Source of the DNA: an uncultured Verrucomicrobiae bacterium
GTDB lineage: Bacteria > Verrucomicrobiota > Verrucomicrobiia > Chthoniobacterales > JAFAMB01
Reading direction: 5' to 3'
Assembly: GCA_963813025.1 (NCBI GenBank)
Contig: CAWEXO010000013.1
Location: forward strand, 512,001-576,000
Length of the DNA: 64,000 bases
A program made the translations under genes and the position numbers. Within the stretch, counting starts at the first letter, position 1, and every line of letters starts with the position of its first letter. Shown here one piece after another: positions 50,587 to 61,227 of this stretch. The notes below the pieces were generated by a model, which searched no databases, was not told where the DNA came from, and saw only the letters and a program-made list of their open reading frames with translations.

Positions 50587-51654
50587 TCAGTTCTCAGGCC
50601 ACAGTGAATGGTATCGTGGATGACGAGGACCGATCGGGAGATGCACCGCAAAGCCATTCTCGGACGAATCATAGGCTGCCGCAATAATTTCGAGCGCGGC
50701 TCGCGCATCCTCCAACCTCACGGGCAGTTCACCACCTATCTCCAAAGCGCGAAAGAACCGCGAAAACTGCCCGGCATAGCCCTCCGGTTCCAAGTTGTTT
50801 GCCTGCACGATCGGCCTTAACTTTTCGGCAATCTGATCTGAAGGATAGGAAAATTTCCAGGGATCGTTCGAATTCGCGTAGGGCTGCTTGCCGCTTTCCG
50901 CGGTGACGTTGCGAAAAGTGAAGCGATGACGCGAGATCTCCTCAGAGGAACCAAGCGTCACGGCCATGGTGCCCATCGAGCCGTCTGCCATTTCCAGGGA
51001 CATTGCCACGCAATCTTCAACTTCAATTGCGTTTACCCGGGTCTTTGAGAAAGCGAAGACCCTTCGCGCAGGCCCAACAATATAGAGGATCATGTCGAGG
51101 GCGTGAATAGCTTGGCTGAGAAGGGCGCCTCCCAGTTCCGTTTTTTTTCGGCCGCGCCACGGATTTGCGTAATACTGAGCGGAACGCTTCCAGGCGACAT
51201 CAACATTAAAGACAAATGCTTCTCCGGTGAGACGTTGATCGATGAGTCGCTTCAAACGTTGCAAGCCATGCCCAAAGCGGTACTGAAAGATCGGCATCAG
51301 GCGCCCACGCGCGGCCTGGGCAGATTGCTGAAGACGATCGATTTCATTTAGGCTGCCGACGACTGGTTTTTCGGAAAAGACATGCTTGCCAGCATCGAGC
51401 GCGGCCTGGATTTGCTGAAAATGAAGGTTAGGCGGTGTGCAAATATCGATAATATCGATGTCCGCACGCTCGCAAAGCGGCTCGAACTGCTCAACAATCT
51501 CGGGAACTTGATACTTCGAAGCGACTTTTTTTGCACGTTTCCGATCGATGTCGCAGACGGCAATCACTCGGAACTGATCCGGGAGGGCTCGATAACCTTC
51601 GAGATGCTGGGCACCGATTCCGACGCCGATCACTGCCACGCGGAGAGAAGCCAT
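50587..51654 (-). CDS. Gfo/Idh/MocA family oxidoreductase
   Basis: VIGVGIG, ICTP..LH, AGKHVFSEKP and HALD. Confidence 0.93.
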   Translation of the reverse strand: MASLRVAVIGVGIGAQHLEGYRALPDQFRVIAVCDIDRKRAKKVASKYQVPEIVEQFEPLCERADIDIIDICTPPNLHFQQIQAALDAGKHVFSEKPVVGSLNEIDRLQQSAQAARGRLMPIFQYRFGHGLQRLKRLIDQRLTGEAFVFNVDVAWKRSAQYYANPWRGRKKTELGGALLSQAIHALDMILYIVGPARRVFAFSKTRVNAIEVEDCVAMSLEMADGSMGTMAVTLGSSEEISRHRFTFRNVTAESGKQPYANSNDPWKFSYPSDQIAEKLRPIVQANNLEPEGYAGQFSRFFRALEIGGELPVRLEDARAALEIIAAAYDSSENGFAVHLPIGPRHPRYHSLWPEN

Positions 51655-51978
51655 AGAAAGCTCAATGCTACCTGTTAGAGTTTCTCATTCCAATGGAGTT
51701 CAGAAATGTCGTGCAACGATTCATCGACCATGCAAGCTATACTTGATTCACAGGAAAGGGAGTTCGACCGTTGCCGAGGGGAGGAGGCTTTTCGTAAAGG
51801 ATCCATACCAGTGCAGTTTCATATTGAAGAGGTCTTGGATCGATTATCTGACCAACCCCCTCCCCAGCCCATGTCGCTTGATGCCGTCAGCAAAGCTGCG
51901 TTTCCTCAGTCGTTGCCGGCGTTCGGGATCGAGCTTGGCTCTTTCTGGTTGGGGTGAAGTCCCCGGTCCTCCTCCTCT

Positions 51979-53760
51979 CTACATCCCATCATTCAGGAAG
52001 GGTGGCCCCTTGCGTCCGTGTCTGTCTATTACGGCAGGTAGCGTCACGTGTGGCACCACATGTGTCGGGAGAGCCGCCGAAAGAGGCGCCTCGATGAAAA
52101 CGTTTGCTTGCAGGTTAGGAGTGTCGGTATTTCGCTTGATAATGTCAGCCAGCGTGGTGTTTGCAATCATAGAGGCCGTTGCGTCGTTAAACCCTTCATT
52201 CATCCAGAAAAAACGATCTCCCGCCCTTAAAGCGTGAAACTGACGTGCGATAATTGCTTGGAAAGTAGGGCCTACGATGGCACCGGGAGCATGTTTCTCC
52301 GCCAAGCCGCCCATGAACAAGTCTACGTTATCGATGGTGCCGTAGACGGCCTCAAGGTTTTTCTGCAGTACAGGATCGTCGGTCAACTGCGTAAAGGAAT
52401 CGTATCGTTCAAGCCCGATCGCCTGCCGCGTCTGGTTAAGCGTGCCGAGACCTACATCCCTCTCGCGCTGTATGTCAATTGCGATGAGATCTATTTCGTC
52501 TATGCCGCCGCCGACAAGACCTGCAAACAGTAGGTTACGAAGTGCCGCCACTACGTAAACGTCGGTCGCCTGAGAGAAGTCCACGCCGATGGCGCGTATC
52601 AGCGGGTTGATGCCATTTGACTCATCTATCTCGGGCGTATTAAAGAACGCCTGCCCGATCGATTCGGTGAAGACTACGTTTCCGTTATTGTCGAGCCCCT
52701 CCTGCGTGTCCGATACCTGTGTATGCAGCCGGAAAGCGGCGGTAGAAAATTCCTGCGTCACTTGAGCATCTATATTCGGATTATAGCCACGGTAGGGTCC
52801 CAGAACTGGCCCGATGAGCAGAGGCAAATACTCCGTATAAACGATATTTTGATACTCCGCCGTCGTGATGGCTTTTGCCATATTGTAAAGCTGATCACCC
52901 GTCCATTCGGAATGCCCAGCTTTGAGAGTATGAACCCAGAAATTATGCTCGCGCATAAACAGGGTCGTAAGTGCGGTCAACTCCGGGTTCTCCATCACTC
53001 GTGGATCGCCGGTAACGAATGTGTCGTTTATTACCGGGAGGGCTTGCCCGTTGTCAGAGCTTACTAAGGTTCCGTCGGCGCTACGCAAGGAGGCAGCTAT
53101 CTCTGCGGTCGAGCCGTAAAGTTGAGAAAGATCGAGGTATCCGGCGACGGTATTGATTATCGTGTTGGTGTCCGGGCTTCTCGTGTCCCGAGTCATAAGG
53201 ATGCTGGTTCCAGAAGGAAAAACCGGATCACCCGGCGGAACGAGGATATTAATGGCTGCTGAGGTTAGCGGCGTTTCTTCCAGATCGAGGTCATGATCCA
53301 CGAATTGTCCGAAAACGTATAGCCATGCTGAAGCAACCGGATCGGTCGTCTGGCCGTTTTGACCATTCGCGCCGGTGCCTCCTGAGATGACGTTGCTGAT
53401 AGTTCTGGGATTTGGGCCGTTTACTAGTCCGTCATCAGTTCCGCGGGCGAAGTTGAGCGGAGTCAATGCGGTCTCTGGCGAGCCAGGAACGACATCAAGA
53501 TCCGGATTTTTGAGGTTGTTGCCAGAACCGCCGATCGGGCGGAACTCTTTGAGCAGGCTTATTTGAGAACTATTCGTCCCCGTAAGATCGGCGCCTGCTG
53601 CCGACACGGCCATCAAACACAAGCAACAGGCTATGGTTTCGGGAATGCGGTTGCGAAGTGCAATGGGCTTTTTGAGTTTGGTCAAATAAGTATGGCTGAA
53701 GGGGTTGTGAGGTATTCCCGGGCTTTGTGGGAATCGCAATATAAGCTTTATTTTGCGCAT
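51979..53760 (-). CDS. Animal-type heme peroxidase (peroxidase-cyclooxygenase superfamily), probably secreted; start uncertain
   Basis: GSGNN, GQFVDHDL, LDLSQLYGS, GDPRVMEN, REHN, EFSTAAFRLH, IQRERD and GDRFF. Confidence 0.92.
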   Translation of the reverse strand: MRKIKLILRFPQSPGIPHNPFSHTYLTKLKKPIALRNRIPETIACCLCLMAVSAAGADLTGTNSSQISLLKEFRPIGGSGNNLKNPDLDVVPGSPETALTPLNFARGTDDGLVNGPNPRTISNVISGGTGANGQNGQTTDPVASAWLYVFGQFVDHDLDLEETPLTSAAINILVPPGDPVFPSGTSILMTRDTRSPDTNTIINTVAGYLDLSQLYGSTAEIAASLRSADGTLVSSDNGQALPVINDTFVTGDPRVMENPELTALTTLFMREHNFWVHTLKAGHSEWTGDQLYNMAKAITTAEYQNIVYTEYLPLLIGPVLGPYRGYNPNIDAQVTQEFSTAAFRLHTQVSDTQEGLDNNGNVVFTESIGQAFFNTPEIDESNGINPLIRAIGVDFSQATDVYVVAALRNLLFAGLVGGGIDEIDLIAIDIQRERDVGLGTLNQTRQAIGLERYDSFTQLTDDPVLQKNLEAVYGTIDNVDLFMGGLAEKHAPGAIVGPTFQAIIARQFHALRAGDRFFWMNEGFNDATASMIANTTLADIIKRNTDTPNLQANVFIEAPLSAALPTHVVPHVTLPAVIDRHGRKGPPFLNDGM

Positions 53761-53992
53761 AGGAGGATTTTTTTGCTGAAATCAGGACAAAATGGCAAGC
53801 ACTTCTCGGAAAAAATACAAAAACGCGTCAAAGATGGCTTTAGAGAGTATCCCAGCGCAACGAGGAGATTGCCTACGAGTAACAACGTTCCGGTGGCATT
53901 TTGACCCGCAAGATCAAACGCCTCGGGAACAGCCGCTTAGCCGGTGGCTGGCAGCTTTGACATCCGCCCTATCGTTTTCGATATTCCGGTGA

Positions 53993-54766
53993 GTGAGCGA
54001 TCTGGATCTGAACAATCTGCTTGAGGGCTGGCCGCTCGAGCCCGGCCAAATCAGAGCACGTAAAATCATGGGGAGAGATGGGCGGGAGAAAGTGCAGTTG
54101 CGCGTTGACCTCGGTCTCATCCAGATGGAGCTCAATGGTCGCCCGGACGGAGAGAGGCCCCATGGATTTGAATCTCTGCTTGAGTATCACCAGGCCCAGG
54201 CAAAAGCTCTCCGCGATTCTGGAAAAGCCTACTTTCTTGGCGAGCAGGATCTCCTCGGTTTGCAACATGAAGGTTACCAGTACTACCACCGGTACATCAG
54301 TCTGTTTCAGCTCAGTGACTTCCGTAATGTCGTGCGCGACACCAAGCGAAATCTCGATCTGTTTGATTTTGTCTCCGAACACGCGACCGAGGACGAAACC
54401 AAATGGGCTTTTGAACAGTTCAGGCCCTACGTCATGATGATGAACACCAGGGCGAGCGCTTCGCTCGCTTTGGAGGACAAGGCCGTAGGCCTGGCCCTTG
54501 AGGTGATCCAGCAGGGCAAAGCGGAAATCGAATCCTTCTATCGAAAGATCGGCCAGCCGGAGTGGGTCGAGTCATCATCAGAACTGGCTTTTCTCGACGA
54601 ATGGCTGAGGGAGGTTGAAGAAAACATCCCACTCAGCCCGCTTGAGACAATGGAACGCGATTTACAGAGGGCCATTGCCGATGAAGCCTATGAGCGGGCG
54701 GCAGAGCTTCGGGATGCTATCCGGAATATGTCGCGCAAACGCCCGGACGAGCGGGTGGATCGTTGA
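53993..54766 (+). CDS. UvrB/UvrC-motif protein
   Basis: LRVDLGLIQME..GRPDG and C-terminal AIADEAYERAAELRD. Confidence 0.85.
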   Translation: MSDLDLNNLLEGWPLEPGQIRARKIMGRDGREKVQLRVDLGLIQMELNGRPDGERPHGFESLLEYHQAQAKALRDSGKAYFLGEQDLLGLQHEGYQYYHRYISLFQLSDFRNVVRDTKRNLDLFDFVSEHATEDETKWAFEQFRPYVMMMNTRASASLALEDKAVGLALEVIQQGKAEIESFYRKIGQPEWVESSSELAFLDEWLREVEENIPLSPLETMERDLQRAIADEAYERAAELRDAIRNMSRKRPDERVDR

Positions 54767-54780
54767 TCGGTGAACGGCCA

Positions 54781-54808
54781 TGGAGTGCGCGCGACTTGTC
54801 GCCGCTTT
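54781..54808. repeat. Solitary REP-like half element
   Basis: TGGAGTGCGCGCGACTTGTCGCCGCTTT with internal GCGAC-TT-GTCGC hairpin, just after a stop codon; single copy in the window. Confidence 0.4.
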
Positions 54809-55099
54809 GAGATCGCGCGGAGGGCTGCTACCAACAGGGACCTTTTCGCCAGGCAGAAGCCCGCATTTCGTGGTTCGGTCCTCGGCGCTACGGGAAGATC
54901 CCTTCACAAATATGCAAGTCACTTTGGCCAATATCCGTGCTCTGGAGGATCTGGGGTTTGCGATCGCCGTGCCAGATGCCATTTACGCGGAGGGCAATTC
55001 GGGCAATAGTCTTCGCCAGTGGGAAAATTGCGTTCCGACACCCGATCGATTCAGCCCTTCCTGGAAACGAAGTCAGGACTCACGGAAAGCTCGTTTTAG

Positions 55100-56788
55100 A
55101 TGAAGCGTTTGATCCTTTTTCTTATCCCGATGGTTGCCATCGGTCTGCTCTGGCTCGGCGCGGCGCGTGGCCGTGATGCAGGTGCAAGCCGGACCCTCGA
55201 AGAAGCAAACCGCGACAAGATTCTGCTGATCACGGAAGGAACCGAACCCCGTACCTTAGATCCGCAAATCGCCCAAGGAGTGACCGAGAGCCACATCATT
55301 AATGCCCTGATGTCGACCCTGGTCGAAAACGATTTGAACGATCAGTCGAAGGAAATTCCTGGTTTGGCCGAACGTTGGGAGCACAACGATGATTATTCGG
55401 TCTGGACGTTTCATATCCGAGACAACGCTCGCTGGTCGAACGGCGATCCGGTTACCGCAAGCGATTTTGTCTATTCCTATCGGCGAATGCTCACTGCCAG
55501 CCTGGGAGCGGGCTACGCGGATTCGCTCTTCATTTTGAAAGGTGCTCGTGACTACTACGAGGGCAAGACGAAGGACTTTGGGCAGGTCGGAGTAAAAGCC
55601 ATTGACGATCGCACCTTGCGAATCGAGTTGGTCGGGCCAACCCCCTATTTCCTTTCGGAATTGCTGCACTCGGCCTGGTTTCCGGTTAACGAGAAAACAA
55701 TCCTGAAATTTGGGAAAATTGATGATCGCGACACTAAATGGACCGCTCCAGGCAACTATGTCGGAACCGGGCCGTTTATTCTCAAGACGTGGCGGCCGAA
55801 CGACGTTATAGAAGTCGTACGCAATCCCTATTATTGGGACGCGCAAACTGTCAAACTGAACGGGATCAACTTTTACTCGATTGAGAACGACAATACGGAA
55901 GATCGGGCCTTTCGAGCAGGCCAGCTTCACAAAACCAACACGGTGCCGCTGGACCGCATTCCGTATTATCGGCGCGAACGTCCCGATCTCATCAAAATTA
56001 CCCCTTACGAAGGCACCTATTTTTATCGTCTCAATGTCGACCGAAAACCCCTCAACGATCCGCGAGTTCGGCTTGCCTTGAATCTTGCCCTCGACCGCGC
56101 ATCCATCTGCCGGAACATCACTCGGGCCGACCAAAAACCGGCGACGGGCTACGTTCCGCCGGGCATGGGCGACTATCAGGCGCTCAATCGCATCGCGTAC
56201 AATCCCGACCGCGCCCGCCAACTGCTCGCGAAAGCCGGTTTCCCGAACGGAAAAGGTTTTCCCAAGTTCAACATTCTGATCAACACGAATGAAGCCCATC
56301 GGACAATCGCGGAAGCGGTTCAGCAGATGTGGAAAGAGGAACTCAATATAGATGTCGGGATCGAGAACCAGGAGTGGAAAGTGTACCTGGACTCTCAGAA
56401 CAACATGAATTACGACATCTCGCGTTCGGCCTGGATCGCTGATTTCATGGATCCGGTGACTTTCCTCGACATGTGGACGACCGGAAATGGCAATAACAAC
56501 ACCCACTGGTCCAACCCGCAGTATGACGAGTTAATCGCGCAGGCGGCCAGGACCGGTGATCCGGCCAAGCGGCTCGATCTGTTGCGGCAGGCCGAGGAGG
56601 TATTCCTGAGCGAACCGCCGGTGGTGCTTATCTATTGGTATACCCGCTGTTGCCTGATGGACCCCTCCGTACAGAATTGGAACCCGCTGGTTCTGGATAA
56701 TCATAACTACAAGTTTATTGATTTGGCTGAACCGACTGGTACCCCAGAGCAACTCGCGAAGAATGAGCCGAAGCCGCACAATCGGTGA
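55100..56788 (+). CDS. oppA: Oligopeptide ABC transporter substrate-binding protein
   Basis: EPRTLDP, PGLAERW, WSNGDPVTASDFVYS, GPF and WIADFMDP. Confidence 0.93.
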   Translation: MKRLILFLIPMVAIGLLWLGAARGRDAGASRTLEEANRDKILLITEGTEPRTLDPQIAQGVTESHIINALMSTLVENDLNDQSKEIPGLAERWEHNDDYSVWTFHIRDNARWSNGDPVTASDFVYSYRRMLTASLGAGYADSLFILKGARDYYEGKTKDFGQVGVKAIDDRTLRIELVGPTPYFLSELLHSAWFPVNEKTILKFGKIDDRDTKWTAPGNYVGTGPFILKTWRPNDVIEVVRNPYYWDAQTVKLNGINFYSIENDNTEDRAFRAGQLHKTNTVPLDRIPYYRRERPDLIKITPYEGTYFYRLNVDRKPLNDPRVRLALNLALDRASICRNITRADQKPATGYVPPGMGDYQALNRIAYNPDRARQLLAKAGFPNGKGFPKFNILINTNEAHRTIAEAVQQMWKEELNIDVGIENQEWKVYLDSQNNMNYDISRSAWIADFMDPVTFLDMWTTGNGNNNTHWSNPQYDELIAQAARTGDPAKRLDLLRQAEEVFLSEPPVVLIYWYTRCCLMDPSVQNWNPLVLDNHNYKFIDLAEPTGTPEQLAKNEPKPHNR

Positions 56789-56852
56789 TTCTTACGCAGC
56801 TTCCTCTCGAGAGGGACGAGAAGCTGGAAATGTCTTGCAACGTCTCTTTGGT

Positions 56853-56996
56853 CCTGTGCCGGTAGGGCGAAAATTCACTCGAGCCTTAGCGAGAACTTGT
56901 TTGAGCCGGACGCTGGAATGGGCCACGCGCCAGACGGCTCAAACACGTTCTCGCCTGGCGCTCGTCCGCCAAGGCGGATCGCCCTACCGGAACAGG
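56853..56996. repeat. Complete palindromic element family B between oppA and oppB
   Basis: CCTGTGCCGGTAGGGCGA ... TCGCCCTACCGGAACAGG terminal inverted repeats with an inner GCGAGAAC.TGTTTGAGCCG hairpin. Confidence 0.9.
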
Positions 56997-57049
56997 GCAT
57001 TCGCCCTACCGACGCCGGGCGGTGCGCTCCTCCGAATTCTTGATGGGCC

Positions 57050-57979
57050 ATGATTAAGGTCATTCTGGGTCGCCTGCTTCAACTTATCCCAGTCCTCTGG
57101 GTCCTGGTCACCTTAACCTTCTTTCTTTCGAAGAGCATTCCGGGCGGCCCGTTCAGCGCGGAACGGCAGGTCACTCCGGAAGTCAAGGCACAGCTCGACG
57201 CATACTACGGCTTGGATAAGCCGGTTTGGCAACAGTATCTGAGTTTCCTGAGCAAAGCCGCCCGGTTCGATTTTGGGCCGTCGTATACCTACCAGACTGA
57301 TTCGGTAAACGAGGTGATCGCGCGGTCTTTTCCTATTTCCCTGCAGATCGGAGCACTGGCTTTTCTGATCGCACTTGTTCTCGGAGTAACCACGGGGGTC
57401 GTCGCGGCGGTTAAGAAAAACACGATCCTCGACTATCTGCCAATGGGACTGGCGATGGGAGGGATCTGTGTGCCCACCTTTGTCATGGGGCCGATTCTCG
57501 CGCTGGTCTTCGGCCTTGTACTGAGGCTGGCGCCGGTCAGCGGTTGGTACGGATTGAATTACGTTCCTTTTCCGCCCATGGTCATGCCGGCGGTTACCCT
57601 CGGGTTGTTTTATGCGGCTTATATTGCGCGGCTGACGCGAGGAGGCATGCTCGAAATTCTGAATCAGGATTTCATTCGGACGGCCTTGGCAAAGGGTGTG
57701 CCCTATCATCTGATCATTTTGAAGCACGCCTTGCGCGGCGGCTTGTTGCCGGTTGTCGCTTTTCTGGGTCCGGCATTTGCCGGGTTAATAACCGGTTCGT
57801 TTGTCGTCGAAAAGGTTTTCAATGTACCTGGCCTTGGCCAGGAGTTTATCAAATCGGTCTTCAACCGGGACTATCCGCTCATCCTGGGAACGGTCGTTTT
57901 CTATGGGGCGCTCATTGTCGTCTTCAATCTGGTCTCAGACGTGCTGCAATCATTGATGGATCCGCGATCGAGAAAGTGA
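57050..57979 (+). CDS. oppB: Oligopeptide ABC transporter permease
   Basis: PGGPF, YGLDKP, DFIRTALAKG, KHALR and NRDYP. Confidence 0.94.
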   Translation: MIKVILGRLLQLIPVLWVLVTLTFFLSKSIPGGPFSAERQVTPEVKAQLDAYYGLDKPVWQQYLSFLSKAARFDFGPSYTYQTDSVNEVIARSFPISLQIGALAFLIALVLGVTTGVVAAVKKNTILDYLPMGLAMGGICVPTFVMGPILALVFGLVLRLAPVSGWYGLNYVPFPPMVMPAVTLGLFYAAYIARLTRGGMLEILNQDFIRTALAKGVPYHLIILKHALRGGLLPVVAFLGPAFAGLITGSFVVEKVFNVPGLGQEFIKSVFNRDYPLILGTVVFYGALIVVFNLVSDVLQSLMDPRSRK

Positions 57980-57982
57980 GTC

Positions 57983-59071
57983 ATGAGTATTGCCTCTGCA
58001 CCGGTTGAGAGCGTTCCAATGGTGGATGAGCCGGCCATCGGCGGAGGTTCCTTGTGGGGCGACGCCTGGCATCGGCTCCAGAAAAACAAACTCGCGATCT
58101 TTGGTTTGGTCTTTGTTGCACTGATGACCCTCGTGTGTATCCTCGGCCCGTTTTTTACCGGCTACACTTACGAGCAAACCGATCTGACCCTCAAAGCAAG
58201 TCCTCCGCTCGATCCGTTGGTGGAAAGGTCGGAACCGCGGAAAAACGGGCCACCAAAAATCGCGCTGATCGCGCTTTCCAACCTTGGCGACGAATTTCTC
58301 GATCAGACCAGGGCTCAGCGACAGGAAATAGAGCGCCGGATCGAACACGGCGAGAGCTACCAGTTTGAAAAATACACTTACCGACGGATTAATCAGAAGC
58401 ATCTCTTTGGTACCGACGAACTTGGGCGTGATTTGTTGACTCGTGTTCTCGTGGGTGGGCGAATTTCCCTGGCGGTTGGGTTTGCCGCCACGCTCGTGAG
58501 CGTGGTGATTGGCGTGCTTTGGGGCGCTATCGCGGGTTTTGTCGGAGGGCAGCTCGACAACTTGATGATGCGTTTCGTTGATATTCTTTACGCTCTTCCG
58601 TTCACCGTCGTGGTCATCCTGCTTATGGTCTGGTTTGGCCGAAACATCATCCTGCTCTTTGTCGCTATTGGCGCAGTGGAATGGCTGAACATGGCTCGCA
58701 TTGTCCGTGGCCAGATCATGTCGCTCAAGAACCAGGAGTTCATTGAGGCGGCAATCTCCCTCGGCCTCCGTCAGCGCCGGATTCTCTTTCGTCACCTCCT
58801 GCCGAATGTGCTCGGGCCGATTATTATCTACGCCACGTTAACGGTTCCTAACGTGATGCTGCTTGAGGCGGTGCTTAGTTTCCTTGGTTTGGGTGTTCCT
58901 CCTCCGATGAGTTCCTGGGGAGTCCTCATTTCGGAGGGAGCGAAAGCAATGGAAACATACCCGTGGCTGCTTTGTATTCCGGCGGTTTTCTTTTCGCTGA
59001 CTCTTTTTTCGCTCAACTTCCTCGGAGACGGTTTGCGCGATGCTCTGGACCCAAAATCGAGCAAAGATTAG
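57983..59071 (+). CDS. oppC: Oligopeptide ABC transporter permease
   Basis: GTDELGRD, EFIEAA, RHLLPN and GDGLRDALDP. Confidence 0.94.
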   Translation: MSIASAPVESVPMVDEPAIGGGSLWGDAWHRLQKNKLAIFGLVFVALMTLVCILGPFFTGYTYEQTDLTLKASPPLDPLVERSEPRKNGPPKIALIALSNLGDEFLDQTRAQRQEIERRIEHGESYQFEKYTYRRINQKHLFGTDELGRDLLTRVLVGGRISLAVGFAATLVSVVIGVLWGAIAGFVGGQLDNLMMRFVDILYALPFTVVVILLMVWFGRNIILLFVAIGAVEWLNMARIVRGQIMSLKNQEFIEAAISLGLRQRRILFRHLLPNVLGPIIIYATLTVPNVMLLEAVLSFLGLGVPPPMSSWGVLISEGAKAMETYPWLLCIPAVFFSLTLFSLNFLGDGLRDALDPKSSKD

Positions 59072-59165
59072 CCGAAAGCCGAAACACCAGGTGTGCCTTA
59101 CTCCGGAGTGCGTTTTTTGGGCGCATTCGAATTCTTCGCACGAAAACAAAACGTAGCTTTGTCTT

Positions 59166-60183
59166 ATGTCGCTGCTCGAAGTTGAACATCTGAAGACTTT
59201 TTTCCACACTCGCGCGGGAGTGGTTCGGGCGGTCAATGATGTTTCTTTTTCCATTGAGCCAGGGGAAACGCTGGGAATCGTTGGCGAGTCTGGGTCAGGC
59301 AAATCGGTCACCTGTTACTCTCTTCTGCGACTCATTCCGCAGCCGCCGGGTAAGATTGAATCGGGTCGGGCGCTCTTCTCCGGAATCGACCTGTCTGACC
59401 TGCTCGGAAGAGCAGGTTCGACGCATCCGCGGGAAACGGATTTCGATGATCTTCCAGGATCCGATGACTTCGCTCAACCCTTACCTGCGGGTGGTCGATC
59501 AGTTGATTGAGCCGCTGTTAGTTCACGATCGGCTCTCACGGCCTGAGGCGATAAAGCGCGGCATTGAAAGTTTGGAAGAGGTGGGAATCCAGGACGCTGC
59601 CCGCCGGATCGGTTTTTATCCCCATCAATTTTCCGGAGGAATGCGGCAACGGGTCATGATCGCGATGGCATTGATTGCCCGGCCGGAGCTTCTGATCGCC
59701 GATGAACCAACCACCGCTTTGGATGTCACGGTTCAGGCGCAGATTCTTGAGTTGATTCGGAAGCGCCAGAAAGACCTGGGGACTGCCGTAATTTTTGTTA
59801 CTCACGATTTGGGAGTGGTGGCATCTTTCTGCCAGAAAGTGAAAGTTATGTACGCCGGGCGGATCGTTGAGGCCGGTCTGATCGACCAGATCTTTCAGCG
59901 TCCGATGCATCCGTACAATGCGGCCCTGCAGCAATCGATCCCCGCCTTGCACCAGAAAGGGCAGCTGCTTTATACCATCCCCGGTCTGCCGCCCGATTTG
60001 ACGAAAGACATTCGGGGCTGCCCGTTCGCTCCCCGATGCGCCTGGGCGGTTGACCATTGCCGGCTTCACCCGATCGAGCTCCAGGAATTGGATCCGGGAC
60101 ACGAAACGGCCTGTCTCCGTTTTCAAAATGGCGAGATCACCGATCTCCGAACGAAGCCGGCGCCGGAACCTGCAGTGGTATGA
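59166..60183 (+). CDS. oppD: Oligopeptide ABC transporter ATPase, frameshifted by one extra base near 59394
   Basis: GESGSGKS in one frame; [12 protein letters not shown] and DEPTTALD in the next. Confidence 0.9.
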
Positions 60184-61161
60184 GCGGTTTTCTTGAGCTG
60201 TCTGATCTCAAAACGCATTTCGCGATGTACCGGGGCGTCGTGCTGCGAAGGGCAGCCGGTGCGGTGAAGGCGGTCGATGGAATTTCTCTGCAGCTGAGGA
60301 AAGGCGAGATTCTTGGATTAGTTGGAGAGTCCGGTTGTGGTAAATCAACGCTGGCGCGTACCGTCATGCAGTTAGTTCCGGCAACTGGCGGAGAAGTTAT
60401 TCTGGAGGGGCGCAATCTGGCCGGCTTGAAATCGGAAACGGTGCGGCGCGAGCGGGCGAATTTCCAGATGATCTTTCAGGATCCATACGCCTCGCTGAAT
60501 CCGCGGATGACGGTTTTTGATACTCTGGCCGAAGCGCTGCAAACGCGGAAAAGGCTGCCGCGAAAAGTGCTGGCCGCCAAAGTTAGCGGGTTGATGAGAA
60601 CGGTCGGATTACCCGCCGGTCGCGTTGCGGCGTTACCCCCACGAGTTCTCGGGCGGTCAACGGCAGCGAATCGCGATCGCACGGGCCTTGGCGCCGGAAC
60701 CGAAACTCATTCTCGCGGACGAACCCGTTTCGGCTCTGGATGTTTCCATTCAGAGCCAGATCATCAATCTGCTTCTGCAGCTTTGCCGGGAACGACAACT
60801 GACGATGATCTTTATCTCTCACGATATTTCTGTCGTGAAATACATTTCCGATCGGATCGCAGTTATGTATCTCGGCCGGCTAGTCGAAATTGGCCCGGCT
60901 TCGGACGTTGTGGAGCATCCTTTGCACCCTTACACACAAGCATTGGTGAGTGCGGTGCCGATTCCGGACCCTTTCCGGGAAAGGGCGCGCCACCGTCTAA
61001 TTCTCTCCGGTGACCCGCCTTCTCCACTGAATCCGCCGCGCGGTTGCAGTTTCCATCCGCGTTGTCCCTACGCGATCGGCCCCTGCCAAGAGCAAGTGCC
61101 GCCTTTGGAACAAAAAATGTCCAATCGATTTGCCGCCTGTATTCGGGTCGGGGAAATTTGA
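60180..61161 (+). CDS. oppF: Oligopeptide ABC transporter ATPase, frameshifted near 60620
   Basis: GESGCGKS and [10 protein letters not shown], then [12 protein letters not shown] and DEPVSALD in another frame. Confidence 0.9.
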
Positions 61162-61170
61162 ATGGGAGCG

Positions 61171-61220
61171 GGGGGAGTTCAGGGAAGTTCGGGGAAGTTC
61201 AAGGAAGTTCAGGGAAGTTC
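61171..61220. repeat. 10-bp tandem repeat, 5 copies
   Basis: gggggagttc agggaagttc ggggaagttc aaggaagttc agggaagttc. Confidence 0.9.
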
Positions 61221-61227
61221 CTCCCCT

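Noticed and set aside
55256..56506. 416-aa antisense ORF
   Set aside because: Lies opposite oppA with no recognisable motifs; a shadow ORF like most other overlapping ORFs in the track.
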